Assembly: GCA_963808065.1 (NCBI GenBank)
Contig: CAWEEK010000005.1
Location: forward strand, 352,402 to 416,401
Reading direction: 5' to 3'
DNA from: an uncultured Chitinophagaceae bacterium
GTDB lineage: Bacteria; Bacteroidota; Bacteroidia; Chitinophagales; Chitinophagaceae
Length of the DNA stretch: 64,000 bases
In this document: positions 1 to 11,107 of the stretch, piece after piece
Layout of the letters: every line of letters starts with the position of its first letter
Position numbering within the stretch: position 1 is the stretch's first letter
Notes under the pieces: generated by a model
Databases searched by the model: none
Seen by the model: only the letters and a program-made list of their open reading frames with translations
Told to the model about the DNA's origin: nothing
Position numbers and translations under genes: made by a program

Positions 1-1480
1 TGAAGAGGTAGTTTCTCTGCTTCTGCAGTTGCGCCAGCAGCCGGCCGCCAACATTTCCGGCGCCAGCCACAAACAGGTTCACCTGTTTATATGAAGTTTC
101 GAAAAATTCTTCATGCAGAACGTTGATGGCTTTTTTTACATCCGCTTGATAAATAACAGCGGAAATATTTCTTTCTGAGGAACCCTGGGCAATAGCGCGT
201 ACATTTACCCCATTCCTTCCCAGGGCGCCAAACATTTTACCGCTGATGCCCGGATGATTTTTCATATGATCTCCCACCACCGCAACAATCGACAACGCGG
301 TTTCTACAATCAGTGGATCAACCTGGCCGCTTGCTATTTCGACTGCAAAGGCTTTGTCAATGAATTCTTTAGCTTTAGCAGCATGTGCTTCTTCAATGGC
401 TACACAAATTGAATGTTCCGATGAACCCTGTGTGATCATGATCACATTTATCTGGGCATTGGCAAGGGCTTCAAAAAGTCTTTTTGAAAATACCGGGAAT
501 GCCTACCATGCCACTGCCTTCAAGACCAAGCAGCGCAATCTTGTTGATGCTGGAAATGCCGCGAATGATATTGCCATTGCTCTGGGCACTGTGATCAATG
601 AGCGTGCCTGGATCGGAGGCCGCAAACGTATTTTTAACCCTTACCGGTATGTTCTTTTTCAGCACTGGTTGAATTGTCGGTGGGTAGATCACCTTGGCGC
701 CAAAATGCGACAGTTCCATGGCCTCCTGGTAAGAAATCTGCGGAGATGATCTTCGCGTTCGATACCAGATTGGGATCCGCGGTCATGATACCCGACACAT
801 CGGTCCATATCTCCAGCATCTCCGCATTGAGCGCGGCAGCTAAAATTGCAGCGGTATAGTCCGAACCACCTCTGCCCAGAGTGGTCGTTAATTTGGATGC
901 GGAGGCGGCTATAAATCCCGGAAGCACGAAGAGTGCTGCCGTGGAATCTGAGAAAAATTTTTGTATCTGCCGATTCGTTGTGTCGAAGTCCACTTTTGCA
1001 TTGCCGAAATGACTATCGGTAACGATCAGTTCACGGGAATCCTTCCAGGGTGTTTGATATGCCATTCTCTGTCAATGCCGAAGAGATGATCCGCGATGAA
1101 AGCAATTCACCAAAACTTACTACCCGGTCCTTGGTGCCGGGCGACAATTCCCTCAACAGAAAAATGCCATTGCAGATATCTTCGATCTCGTTGCACTGGG
1201 TTTTCACTGCGCTGAGCACGCTGCTCTGCCTGGCCACCGGTATCAGTTGCTGCACCGTGCTTAAATGTCTGGATTCCAGTAAATTCAGTTGTTCCTTAAA
1301 GGATTCATCTCCTGCCGCAGCAAGCGCCGCGCTGTTCAGCAACAGATCGGTGATACCTCCCAGTGCCGAAACGATCAGCACTACCCTGTTCTTCTCTGCT
1401 GCCTGTCTCACAATACTGATGACTTTATTGATATTGTCGGCATTGGCAACCGATGAGCCGCCAAATTTTAAAACCTGCAT
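1..1480 (-). pseudogene. thrA: Bifunctional aspartokinase / homoserine dehydrogenase. The 5' portion is in the window, and the reading frame is broken at least 3 times.
   Basis: N-terminus is MQVLKFGGSSVANADNINKV (aspartokinase). Fragments 1031-1561, 634-1065 and 471-719 lie in different frames. My translation of 1-130 on the minus strand gives KQVNLFVAGAGNVGGRLLAQL, a homoserine dehydrogenase NAD-binding start. Confidence 0.8.
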
Positions 1481-1566
1481 AATAATTTTTGATTGAATGA
1501 AATGTGTACTTACCTGTTTGATGATGTCAGCCAAAGCCCAAGGATTATATGTATACAGCACAACCC

Positions 1567-1596
1567 TTAGCGGGTTGTTGATGGTGTTGTAATCAT
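1567..1596 (-). promoter_or_regulatory. Candidate Thr-rich leader mini-ORF (MITTPSTTR) upstream of thrA
   Basis: Reverse complement reads ATG ATT ACA ACA CCA TCA ACA ACC CGC TAA, 87 nt upstream of the thrA ATG. The hairpin CAACCC-GCTAA-GGGTTG overlaps the stop codon. No clear U-tract terminator was found. Confidence 0.3.
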
Positions 1597-1800
1597 GCCA
1601 CCATCAGCTATCGCAGCTACCGGAGAAGAAGAATTAATATGGTTGACCAGGTATATCATTTTTCGGGAGGGCTAAGGTATGTAAAAGCAGTTAAATAAAC
1701 ATGCCCCACCAGGTTTTCGGTAAAAATGAATTATTTTCAGCCTTCGTTTACTCAGATCCCTGCCCTGAGATTTTTCAACATTTCAAACATTAATACCTAA

Positions 1801-4397
1801 TGGATCACCAGTCGAGCAAAGGATTGCAGCAGTTCAAGAATTACGTTGGCATCAAGTTTCAGTTATACAACAGCCTGTTTCACATCACTTCCTTTTCATC
1901 GGATCGAAAAAACAGGGATCCTGCTTTCCCTGCTGGTCAACAATTGTGAAGAAGGATATAAAAAGAAACAAAGTCCCGAACAGATCATCCAGGATTTTTT
2001 CAAGAAGCATACTTCTTATGAGAAGGAGGAAGACAAACTTGACCTGCTCTTTCGTTTTATCCAGTATGTGGAACGGCAGGTAGTATTGTTCGACGCGCTC
2101 GAAGACGCCGCTTTCAGGGAAGTGAACGACATCAATGGCGCAGGGTACACTCAAACACCTCGAATAGCGAAGTGATCCAGCACGACAAGCAGGAGGAGTT
2201 GACGGAAAAACTAAAAGACTTTGCCATCCGCCTGGTACTCACCGCCCACCCCACGCAGTTTTACCCGGGGCCCGTACTTGGGATCATTCAATGACCTGTC
2301 AAAGGCACTGGCCGACAACAATGCCAGCCAGATCAACATGTACCTTCAGCAGCTGGGCAAAACGCCATTCCTGAACAAATACAAGCCCACGCCATATGAT
2401 GAGGCCATGAGCCTGGGCTGGTACCTGGAAAATATCTTTTACAATGCGGCGGGCAGGATCATCTCAGCTTCATGAAGAACCAGTTCCCGAATGCCATCAC
2501 CGAAGACAACCCCATCATCACCATGGGCTTCTGGCCCGGCGGCGACCGCGACGGCAATCCCAATGTCAGGGTCGACACAACCATTAAGGTGGCCGATGCC
2601 CTGAGAGGAAGCATCATCAAATGCTATTACCTTGACGTGAGAAAGATGAAACGCCGCCTGACATTCAAAGGAGTCGATACCATTCTGGCCGACCTGGAAA
2701 AACAACTATACAATAATATATTCATCCCTGGCCACCGTACAGACCTGGGAAAACAGGACATCCTGAATTCGCTTATACGTATCCGTGAAATACTAATTTA
2801 CCAGCACAACAGCCTCTTCCAACACCTGGTAGACAATCTGATCAACAAGGTGCATGTATTCGGACTGCATTTCGCCTCCCTTGACATTCGCCAGGAAAGT
2901 TCGGTGCACAATAAGGTACTGATCGACATCGCGCAACCGCACCGATGTGCTTCCATCCAATTATGCATCCTTAAGTGAAGCAGAAAAGATAAATGTCCTG
3001 ATGAATGTAAGAGAAACGGTAAATGCCTGAAGACCTGGAAGAAGGCATCATTTGCGACACCATTGAAACGGTCCACGCAGTGAAGAAGATCCAGCAATAC
3101 AATGGCCTGGAAGGCTGCAACCGTTATATTATCAGTCAGTGCAACAGCGCACTCAATGTGATCGAGGTATATGGATTGTTTTTACTTGGCGGATGGAAAA
3201 ACGCGAATCCCTGTCTATTGACATCGTTCCATTATTTGAAACCGTAGAAGACCTTCAGCAATGCGGGTAAAGTGATGGAACAGCTGTATTCAAACAAAGA
3301 ATACCACAAGCATCTTCGAGCTCAGGAAAATGCAGTCAAACGATCATGCTGGGTTTCTCAGACGGCACAAAAGATGGTGGATACCTGATGGCGAACTGGA
3401 GTATTTACAAAGCCAAGGAAGAATTGACCAGAATTTCAAGGGAGCACGATGTGGATGTCGTGTTCTTCGACGGCCGTGGTGGCCCCCCTGCGCGTGGCGG
3501 AGGTAAAACGCATAAGTTTTATGCTTCCATGGGCAAAAATATTTCAAATGAAGAAATTCAACTGACCATACAGGGACAAACGGTGAGTTCAAATTTTGGC
3601 ACCATCGATTCTGCGCAGTACAATATTGAACAGCTTATTCATGCAGGAATCACCAACACACTTTTCTCAACACAGAACGATTACGCTTGAAGCTGACGAT
3701 GAAGTATTGCTGCAGGAACTGGCTGAAGAAAGCTTCAGATCATATATTGAATTGAAGGAACATCCGGATTTCCTGGACTACCTGTCACATGTGAGTCCGC
3801 TGAGATATTATGGTGAAACCAATATCGGCAGCCGGCCATCGAAAAGAGGAAGTTCATCAAAATTTTCCTTGAAAGATCTGAGGGCCATTCCTTTTGTAGG
3901 CGCCTGGAGCCAGCTGAAACAGAATGTTACCGGTTACTATGGCGTGGGCACTGCTCTGCAGCAAATGGAGAAGAATGGAAGGTTTGGTGAAGTGAAACAA
4001 CTTTATCAGCGTTCATTATTTTTCAAAACACTCATCGACAATTGCGAGATGGCGATGAAGAAATGTTTTTTCCCGCTGACGGAATTTCTTTCCGATCATC
4101 CGCAGTTACGGAGAAATCTATGGACATGATTTACGGAGAATATGAACTGACCGCAGAGCTATATTTTGAAACTCTCAGGGAAAACATGAACTCATGTCGG
4201 ATTATCCTGTGGAGCAGTTGTCGATCCAGATGAGAGAACGAATTGTGCTTCCCCTAACTACGATACAGCAATATGCCATGTCGAAGATCAGGGAGATGGA
4301 AGAGAAGATGAATGATGCACCCATCAAGGAAACTTATAGCAAGCTGGTGATCAGGAGTGCCTTCGGTATCATCAATGCCGGACGAAATTCTGTCTGA
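1801..4397 (+). pseudogene. ppc: Phosphoenolpyruvate carboxylase, split into at least 8 ORF fragments
   Basis: Fragments 1846-2175, 2221-2475, 2472-2978, 3023-3247, 3346-3690, 3596-4129 and 4194-4397 carry PEPC-like segments (LVLTAHPTQF-like, GFWPGGDRDGNPNV, FFDGRGGPPARGGG, C-terminal INAGRNSV). They sit in alternating frames. Confidence 0.85.
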
Positions 4398-4423
4398 TCA
4401 ATGATTCACCGCCTCTGGCTCAT

Positions 4424-4460
4424 AAAAAAAAGGACACCTTACGGGGCGCCCCTTTTTTTT
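4424..4460. terminator. Bidirectional rho-independent terminator between convergent ppc and the porin gene
   Basis: An A8 run, the GC palindrome GGGGCGCCCC, then a T8 run. Confidence 0.6.
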
Positions 4461-4498
4461 GAATACTCACGAACAGTGTTAAATCAGTTTTCGAAGAA

Positions 4499-5587
4499 TT
4501 AGAATTTATAAATTGCGGCCAGGAGTAAAGATGCCGTTCCCTTCGTAGCCTCTCCTTCATTTTTGAAGAAAATGTCCTCACTGCCTGCGTCGATCCTGAC
4601 TTCCGGAATGAATGTGAGCGGACCTGCCTTAAGGTTTGCGGAAAGTGTGGTCGCGAATATGCTGCCGGCGCCCGTAAAACCAAGCACGTCTTTCTTATCA
4701 CTAAAATATTCACCCCTCAGTGTCAGTCCAACCGCTGGTGTTGGGTCTACATTGAAATACAGTGCCGAGCCCCACCAACTGTTGCTACCGGAATACTTGC
4801 CATCGGTTTGCTTTGCTTTTCTTGACTGGACCGTTCCATTATAACCGATGCTGAATTTGTCGGTAATTGTTCCAAGCACTACCGCATCGACCTGTTGAAG
4901 ATTGGTTTCCTCATCGATTTTACCACCGGAGTAGTTCACGAATATCTTCACCTTGTCTGAGGCTGCGAGGCTGTACTGGGCCACGATCATCTTCTGTTGA
5001 AAGTTGGCCGTTTTCAGATCGGTAGGATTCACAATCCCAAACATCAGCCCGCTCTTCCCCAGTGTTACTTCGCCTTTGATACCCGTGTGAAAGAAGGGTC
5101 CATAGGAGAACATATAACTCATGCTATAATTGCGATTGAGATAGGGATCCAGCACTTCATAACCAACATGCGTGCCCCAGCTTCCGGCAGTGAGTTTGAA
5201 TTTGTCGCTGAAAGCATAACTCAGGTAGGCTTGTTTGATAGCGATCGTAGTGCTCTCATCATTGTATGAAAATTCTTCGGCGCGTTTTCCGAATCCCAGG
5301 TCTACTACGCCGCTGACTTTGCCGATGGAGTGTTCAAACTTTACCGACGCCATGTTCAATTCAAATGAATTCTGCGAATTGGTGAAACTGGTGAGGTTGT
5401 TAGTTGCGCCATCATCCCCTACATTCTTTGCATTTGCAAAATTGAACCGGTAGTATGTGTCAACATAACCTGAAATAACCGGTTTTGGGTTTTCTTCTTC
5501 CACGGCGGCAACCGCCGTTGAATCCTGCGAATAAGTTAAGACATAACAGGCCATAGCCAGGCCAGTCGCAAGTAGTTTTGGTAACAT
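4499..5587 (-). CDS. Outer-membrane beta-barrel porin, co-oriented downstream of amtB
   Basis: Signal peptide MLPKLLATGLAMACYVLTYSQ, alternating beta-strand-like sequence and a C-terminal ...AAIYKF aromatic residue. Intact 362 aa ORF. Confidence 0.7.
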   Translation of the reverse strand: MLPKLLATGLAMACYVLTYSQDSTAVAAVEEENPKPVISGYVDTYYRFNFANAKNVGDDGATNNLTSFTNSQNSFELNMASVKFEHSIGKVSGVVDLGFGKRAEEFSYNDESTTIAIKQAYLSYAFSDKFKLTAGSWGTHVGYEVLDPYLNRNYSMSYMFSYGPFFHTGIKGEVTLGKSGLMFGIVNPTDLKTANFQQKMIVAQYSLAASDKVKIFVNYSGGKIDEETNLQQVDAVVLGTITDKFSIGYNGTVQSRKAKQTDGKYSGSNSWWGSALYFNVDPTPAVGLTLRGEYFSDKKDVLGFTGAGSIFATTLSANLKAGPLTFIPEVRIDAGSEDIFFKNEGEATKGTASLLLAAIYKF

Positions 5588-5966
5588 TGCTGGTGGTTTT
5601 AGAGTGAAATAGAAAAGATATTCTAAACATCGATTCCTGTTGATACCATAGGAATGCCAGTTTGCCTGCGTAATCTCTCAGCCCTTTCTCAGAGAGGCTT
5701 TTAGAAAACAACTATTGAAAAGCATTTTTTTTCCGCGGTTGAAATCTTCTCAAACTGAGACGGTGTATTATCATCCTGATAATTCCGACACCTGCAGATT
5801 AAGTTTAACGACTCTTCCCGCACTTTAGAAAATACTTCACTGGCACATCTGGATACCTATTGCATCGGGTTGGACATCTGAAAAGCTTTCATATCTTTTC
5901 TATTTGTGATAAAATGATGCTGCTAGTGTATTCCGATTTAAAAATTTAATTAACAAACTACCTTTC

Positions 5967-7430
5967 TTAAAAATTCAACGCTTCCGTGCTTTTTTCGACG
6001 TCTGTTTCCCTCAGTTTGCCGTTGCTGCCATTTGGGGAAGAAACCAACAGAGTTCCCTGCAGGTATTTTTCATCGTGCTGCGTAAAGTCAAGACCAAGTT
6101 CTTCCTCTTCAGAAGTAACACGGATAGGCTGTATGTAGTTGATGAATTTGAAGATTACCCATGATACAGAGAAGGCATAGGCTGCAACTATGAGCATTGC
6201 TTTCAGCTGTGTAAAGAAGAAACTGAAATTGCCATAGAACCATCCTTCGGGACCACCGCTGATATTGTGCACCAATGGGGCCGCGAACACACCAGTCATG
6301 AGCATACCGGTCATACCACCGATTCCATGACATGGGAATACGTCGAGGGTATCATCGAGGCTGGATCTCTGCTTGATGCCGACGGCAATGTTTGAGATCA
6401 GCGCGCCAACAAAACCGATGATGATACTCTGCGGGATACCTACATAACCTGCGGCGGGCGTGATGGCAACCAGGCCTACAACGGCACCGATACAGAATCC
6501 GAGCACGGATGGTTTTTTACCTTTGAGCACGTCGAAGAACATCCATGCAAGCCCTGCTGCTGCAGCTGCTGTATTTGTAGTTCCGAAGGCGTTCACTGCA
6601 AGAGGAGTTGCTCCTACTGCTGAACCCGCATTGAATCCAAACCACCCGAACCAGAGCAAACCAGTTCCAATCAGAACATAAGGAACGTTGGCTGGAGGAA
6701 TCTCCCTCTTTTCGAGGTGGGACTTTCTTCTTTTCAACACGAGGGCACCAGCAAGGGCTGCGCAGCCTGCGGAGATGTGTACCACGGTACCACCCGCAAA
6801 GTCCCAGGCTCCCATCTTCGCCAGGAACCCTTCAGGATGCCAGGACCAATGTGCCAGAGGCGCATAAACCAGCAGACTGAACAATGCGATAAATAATATA
6901 TAGGAGGTGAAACGGATTCGTTCTGCGACGGCACCCACAACCAGACCTGGTGTGATGATGGCGAACATCAGTTGGAACAGGGAGAAAAGCGTCAGTGGGA
7001 TGGTATTCGCTCCTACCCAGGGAGCCCCTGATTTCACGCCTTTGTAAAACATAAAGGTGGTTGGATCTCCGATCACGCCTCCGATGTCTGAACCGAAGCT
7101 GAGGCTAAACCCTACAAAGATCCAGAGGATTCCAACTACCCCTGCCGCCACTACGCTTTTGATCATTGTTGAGATTACGTTCTTACGGTGAACCATGCCA
7201 CCATAAAAGAACGCGAGACCGGGAGTCATAAGAAATACCAGGGCGGTGGATACAAGCACCCAGGTAATGTCGGCCTGGCTGTACTGTGGGTCTTTGGGGC
7301 CTGGTACATAGTCGCCTTCCGGCTTAATAAACATAGCTACGAGAGCTAATAACAAGAGCACCCCAAAAGGGGCCACCTGTTTGAACGTGAGTTTTCGCAT
7401 ACCTGTGAGTTTTGTGTTGTTTATATTCAA
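5967..7430 (-). CDS. amtB: Ammonium transporter (Amt family)
   Basis: Polytopic membrane protein of 487 aa with Amt-type segments (FFYGGMV, DFAGGTVVHISAG, HGIGGMTGMLMTG). Intact. Confidence 0.9.
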   Translation of the reverse strand: MNINNTKLTGMRKLTFKQVAPFGVLLLLALVAMFIKPEGDYVPGPKDPQYSQADITWVLVSTALVFLMTPGLAFFYGGMVHRKNVISTMIKSVVAAGVVGILWIFVGFSLSFGSDIGGVIGDPTTFMFYKGVKSGAPWVGANTIPLTLFSLFQLMFAIITPGLVVGAVAERIRFTSYILFIALFSLLVYAPLAHWSWHPEGFLAKMGAWDFAGGTVVHISAGCAALAGALVLKRRKSHLEKREIPPANVPYVLIGTGLLWFGWFGFNAGSAVGATPLAVNAFGTTNTAAAAAGLAWMFFDVLKGKKPSVLGFCIGAVVGLVAITPAAGYVGIPQSIIIGFVGALISNIAVGIKQRSSLDDTLDVFPCHGIGGMTGMLMTGVFAAPLVHNISGGPEGWFYGNFSFFFTQLKAMLIVAAYAFSVSWVIFKFINYIQPIRVTSEEEELGLDFTQHDEKYLQGTLLVSSPNGSNGKLRETDVEKSTEALNF

Positions 7431-7804
7431 AAAAAACGTAATTCAATGCTGAGACCTAAAATTAGTGGAATTCTGTGGAAAATATTGTCCGTTTATCGTA
7501 TATTATAAATTATAATATTTACGTCTCCGCTCATTCTGTTGGTCTTTTTTAAAATATTTTAACCATGAAGGGTGTTATTTCCGCCACGGCTTAAATTTTA
7601 ATCGTTCTTCCAAAAAAAATTAGAAATTTTTGAAACACACAGCTTATTCACATTGTCTTGAATTTGCCCTGGTTTGGCTGTGTTTCCATCCAATTTTGCC
7701 AGTATAGTATCAGGTTTGGGAATAAACGGAGAATAGAGCGGCCATTTTTTGCTTTAGGTTTATACCCAGTTCGGGCCGAAATAGCCTGAACAAACGATTG
7801 TAAA

Positions 7805-10264
7805 ATGGATACTCCGGGAAAAAAGCGCAGGGCTTTTATTGTCAATGGACTGAAAACTTCGGCGGCCGCCCTGCTGGTCCCCTCCGGGCTTACCCAGCTA
7901 CTTCCCATCCCTCCATCAACATCATCCGATCTTCCCTGGGCCGACGCTATCGCCTGCTGGCAACTGGACGATCTATCCGACACCAGGGGAAAATTCCCAC
8001 TAAAACCAATGAGGAAGGGCGTGGAATTGATTAATGGCTCCATCAAGACGGATCTCAAATCTCAATCCGGCTCCGGAAAAATGGCGAAGTTCACTGGTGA
8101 AGGATGGCTGGAACTCACGGATCCCTCGGACCTGCCCCTGAATTCCGGGGCACTGACCCTGGCCACAAAAATATTTGCCGCAAAAGGAGGTGGTCTGATC
8201 CAGCACGGACTTGTTTCCCTCGTCCTCCATCCTTCCGGAATGGTAGTGGCGATCCTGCAACTTGAAGACGCTGCCGGGGCCATGTTCCGTGAACTGCCAT
8301 TATCCATTGTCGGTTTTGACCAGTGGCATGACCTCGTGCTACGGATAAACAAACAGGTTGTTGAACTGATCATCGACGGAAGCATTCGGCAACGGATAAC
8401 TATAACCGAAAAATTAAAAACCATCGACAGGGCACCGGTGACTCTGGGATGCTGGACGGTGGATGATCCACCCCTGCCGGGCTTCCCGCAACACGTGCAG
8501 GATTATCTGTTTCAGCGAAGATTCACCGGTCAGATGGACTATGCGGCCTGCTGGAACAGGGCCCTCACCGATCAGGAAGTTGCCGCCCTCTGCAACAGGC
8601 ACCATATCGAAAAGGCAGTAACGCAACCCATTGATTCCGCTATCCAGGCTTATAATGATTTCCATGAAGCTTCACGCAGAAAAGACATCCCAGCCTGCGA
8701 AACGCTGGGGCTGGCCATGCGCCGTTTCATGGCAAGGGATCCGAAGCGACCTGTTTATCACCTTACCGCTCCGATGGATGGGATCCTTGACCCGGCCGGA
8801 GCTTTTTATTACAAGGGGGAGTATCACGTGTACAGTTATCGCAACATGATTTCCTTACTCGCCTGCACCCCGCTGGCGCATTACAAAAGTGCTGACCTGG
8901 TGCATTGGCGTGATCAGCCAATAGGAGTTTGGGCCGACAGCGAACTTGATCATTACGGGATCTGGCTCGCGAATTTGTTTTATGACGATGAGGGCATACC
9001 ATCAATGATCTATACTGCGCTGGGTGAAAAAGGCAAGGTGGGTGTATTGGCGCGAAGCCGGGATAATCTTCTGTCCTTCGGCGAAAAACAAGCAGTAATG
9101 ACTGGCCTGCCGGGAGGGCACCACGATGGACATACCTGGAAGGATGGAGAGCAATGGTATGCCCTGACCACAAGACAATATTGGGGCTCAAGGGAAGGCG
9201 ATCGGGGTGATGCCGTGATACTAATGACATCCAAAGACCTCGTTCACTGGAAAGAACTCGGGGAAATTTTCTCCGCCCGTAAGCACCCTAATCCCAAAAG
9301 CGAGCAACAGAAGAATGGATTCACTGAATTTCCCTACCTGCTTCCTTTTGGCGATGAGCATGCATTGATTATCGGCACCAGGCCAGTGATGTACTGGGTT
9401 GGAAAATTTGACAAAAGCATTCCGGCTTTTATTCCCAACGAACCTGAGGGGAAATTACTCGATTACCTGAACCCCTTCCATTGCTTCAATCCGTCTATCA
9501 CCGACAGACACGAGCATTCTCATTACAGAAGGGTAATCCTCGCTATGCATCTTTATACCTCGGGTACGGTGGACGGCATTCCCTGGTATGGCGTGCACGT
9601 GCTGCCAAGAACCTTATCAAGAATTGGCAACCGGTTGGTGCAGGAACCCGTTGATGAGATCACCAAACTTCGCGGGGAGAAGCGACATTTCGAAAACATT
9701 TCGATTCAAGAGGGCAAGCGAAATTTCCTTGGAGATACAAAAGGAGACACCGTCGAAATCGTGGCTGTATTTCATCCTGGCGGTGCCAAAAGATTCGGAC
9801 TGAAAGTGAGGACTTCGACAGACGGGCAAAAGTCCACGATGATTTTCTATGATTCATCCACCGGGTTTTTTGGCGCCAATGGCAACCTGGTGGAATCACC
9901 ATATCCGGAACTTGGCGAGGGGCCGGCATATCATCAGAGCGCATCGCCCGCCATAGCTGCATCCTCCTTCGCTGCCTTCGGCAGCTTCGGCGGACGAGGG
10001 AAGCAGCGAAGGCGGGAAGTGCAAAGAGCGCTTGGCCGCCATAGCTTTAGCGACGGCGGGGAGAGCGAAGTAGTGGGTGCGGTAAAATTTCGCGTATTTC
10101 TAGACAAGTCGCTGCTGGAGATCTTTGTAAACGGGCATACCTGTTCGGGAATATTTAATGGTCCCGTGACCGACACATACATAGATCTGTTTTGCGAAGG
10201 TGGCTCCGCCACTCTTCAGTCTATGGACATCTGGGAAATGATGCCCGCATGGCCCCCAGGGTAG
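7805..10264 (+). CDS. Secreted GH32-like (beta-fructosidase family) glycoside hydrolase with an N-terminal LamG-like region
   Basis: Tat-like N-terminus KKRRAFIVNG. YHLTAPMDGILDPAGAFYYKGEYHVYSY resembles the GH32 WMNDPNG..YHLFYQ block. C-terminal ...RVFLDKSLLEIFVNG resembles the GH32 beta-sandwich. Intact 819 aa. Confidence 0.55.
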   Translation: MDTPGKKRRAFIVNGLKTSAAALLVPSGLTQLLPIPPSTSSDLPWADAIACWQLDDLSDTRGKFPLKPMRKGVELINGSIKTDLKSQSGSGKMAKFTGEGWLELTDPSDLPLNSGALTLATKIFAAKGGGLIQHGLVSLVLHPSGMVVAILQLEDAAGAMFRELPLSIVGFDQWHDLVLRINKQVVELIIDGSIRQRITITEKLKTIDRAPVTLGCWTVDDPPLPGFPQHVQDYLFQRRFTGQMDYAACWNRALTDQEVAALCNRHHIEKAVTQPIDSAIQAYNDFHEASRRKDIPACETLGLAMRRFMARDPKRPVYHLTAPMDGILDPAGAFYYKGEYHVYSYRNMISLLACTPLAHYKSADLVHWRDQPIGVWADSELDHYGIWLANLFYDDEGIPSMIYTALGEKGKVGVLARSRDNLLSFGEKQAVMTGLPGGHHDGHTWKDGEQWYALTTRQYWGSREGDRGDAVILMTSKDLVHWKELGEIFSARKHPNPKSEQQKNGFTEFPYLLPFGDEHALIIGTRPVMYWVGKFDKSIPAFIPNEPEGKLLDYLNPFHCFNPSITDRHEHSHYRRVILAMHLYTSGTVDGIPWYGVHVLPRTLSRIGNRLVQEPVDEITKLRGEKRHFENISIQEGKRNFLGDTKGDTVEIVAVFHPGGAKRFGLKVRTSTDGQKSTMIFYDSSTGFFGANGNLVESPYPELGEGPAYHQSASPAIAASSFAAFGSFGGRGKQRRREVQRALGRHSFSDGGESEVVGAVKFRVFLDKSLLEIFVNGHTCSGIFNGPVTDTYIDLFCEGGSATLQSMDIWEMMPAWPPG

Positions 10265-10456
10265 CAAACTATTCTATTCAGCCTGTATTAATATTCACCG
10301 AAACTGAACCCGACCTTTTATTGGTAACCATTAAACTTTTGAAGCAGTAGGCACCTTGCAGGCTTTTCACAGTTTTTGCCCTAAGACCTGTCAATTCTTT
10401 TTAACTTTATTCTGTGCCCCGGTAATTTTGCAAAGTCTTCCCTAAACCAGCCTATC

Positions 10457-10849
10457 ATGAAGATCTTTCTATTCGGTATGGGTATGATGCTCTGTAGTCC
10501 TGCGCTTTTCAGCCAGAAGACCGACACCCTTAACATGAAACCGCCACGAGATTATCTCAGGATCAGTAAGGAGCAAAAGATTGGTGGTTTTATTCTCCTC
10601 GGCGTTGGCGTTCTTGCCATTGCGGCTGTGGCACCCGGAAACACGGATTTCGGAACGGCGGGTATCGCCGGTGTTGGAGGAACGTTAGCCATACTCGGAA
10701 GCATTCCATTGTTTATCGCTTCAGGCAGAAATAAAAGAAAGGCGCGAAGGATGTCTGCAGGCACCGGCCTCATCAGGTCTTCCTATTCCATACAGGGAGC
10801 TAACACCATAAATTATGTACCGGCATTGACCCTGCAATTGCGGTTCTAA
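10457..10849 (+). CDS. Hypothetical exported or membrane protein
   Basis: Signal peptide MKIFLFGMGMMLCSPALFSQ followed by Gly/Ala-rich hydrophobic segments. Confidence 0.45.
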   Translation: MKIFLFGMGMMLCSPALFSQKTDTLNMKPPRDYLRISKEQKIGGFILLGVGVLAIAAVAPGNTDFGTAGIAGVGGTLAILGSIPLFIASGRNKRKARRMSAGTGLIRSSYSIQGANTINYVPALTLQLRF

Positions 10850-10865
10850 CAAAATTTTTTATACA

Positions 10866-11069
10866 ATGATGCTGATCGCCATACTGATTCCTGCGTTGTC
10901 ATTCCTGCTCAGGGGAAAAATCCTCGCATCGATTCTTTGCTTTTTGCTCCAGGTGACTCTGATCGGCTGGCTGCCAGCGGCCTTTTGGGCGGTGATGTCG
11001 CTCAACAATGAGCGCGCCGACAAACGCACGGACCGCCTGATCAGGGCGATAGCAAAAAATAAAGCCTGA
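10866..11069 (+). CDS. Small two-TM membrane protein (family uncertain, YqaE/Pmp3-like or superinfection-immunity-like pattern)
   Basis: 67 aa with two hydrophobic helices and an ..LIGWLPAAFWAV.. motif. Confidence 0.45.
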   Translation: MMLIAILIPALSFLLRGKILASILCFLLQVTLIGWLPAAFWAVMSLNNERADKRTDRLIRAIAKNKA

Positions 11070-11107
11070 ATTAATATCCTGCGTAAAAACAACGCAGACG
11101 CAAAACT

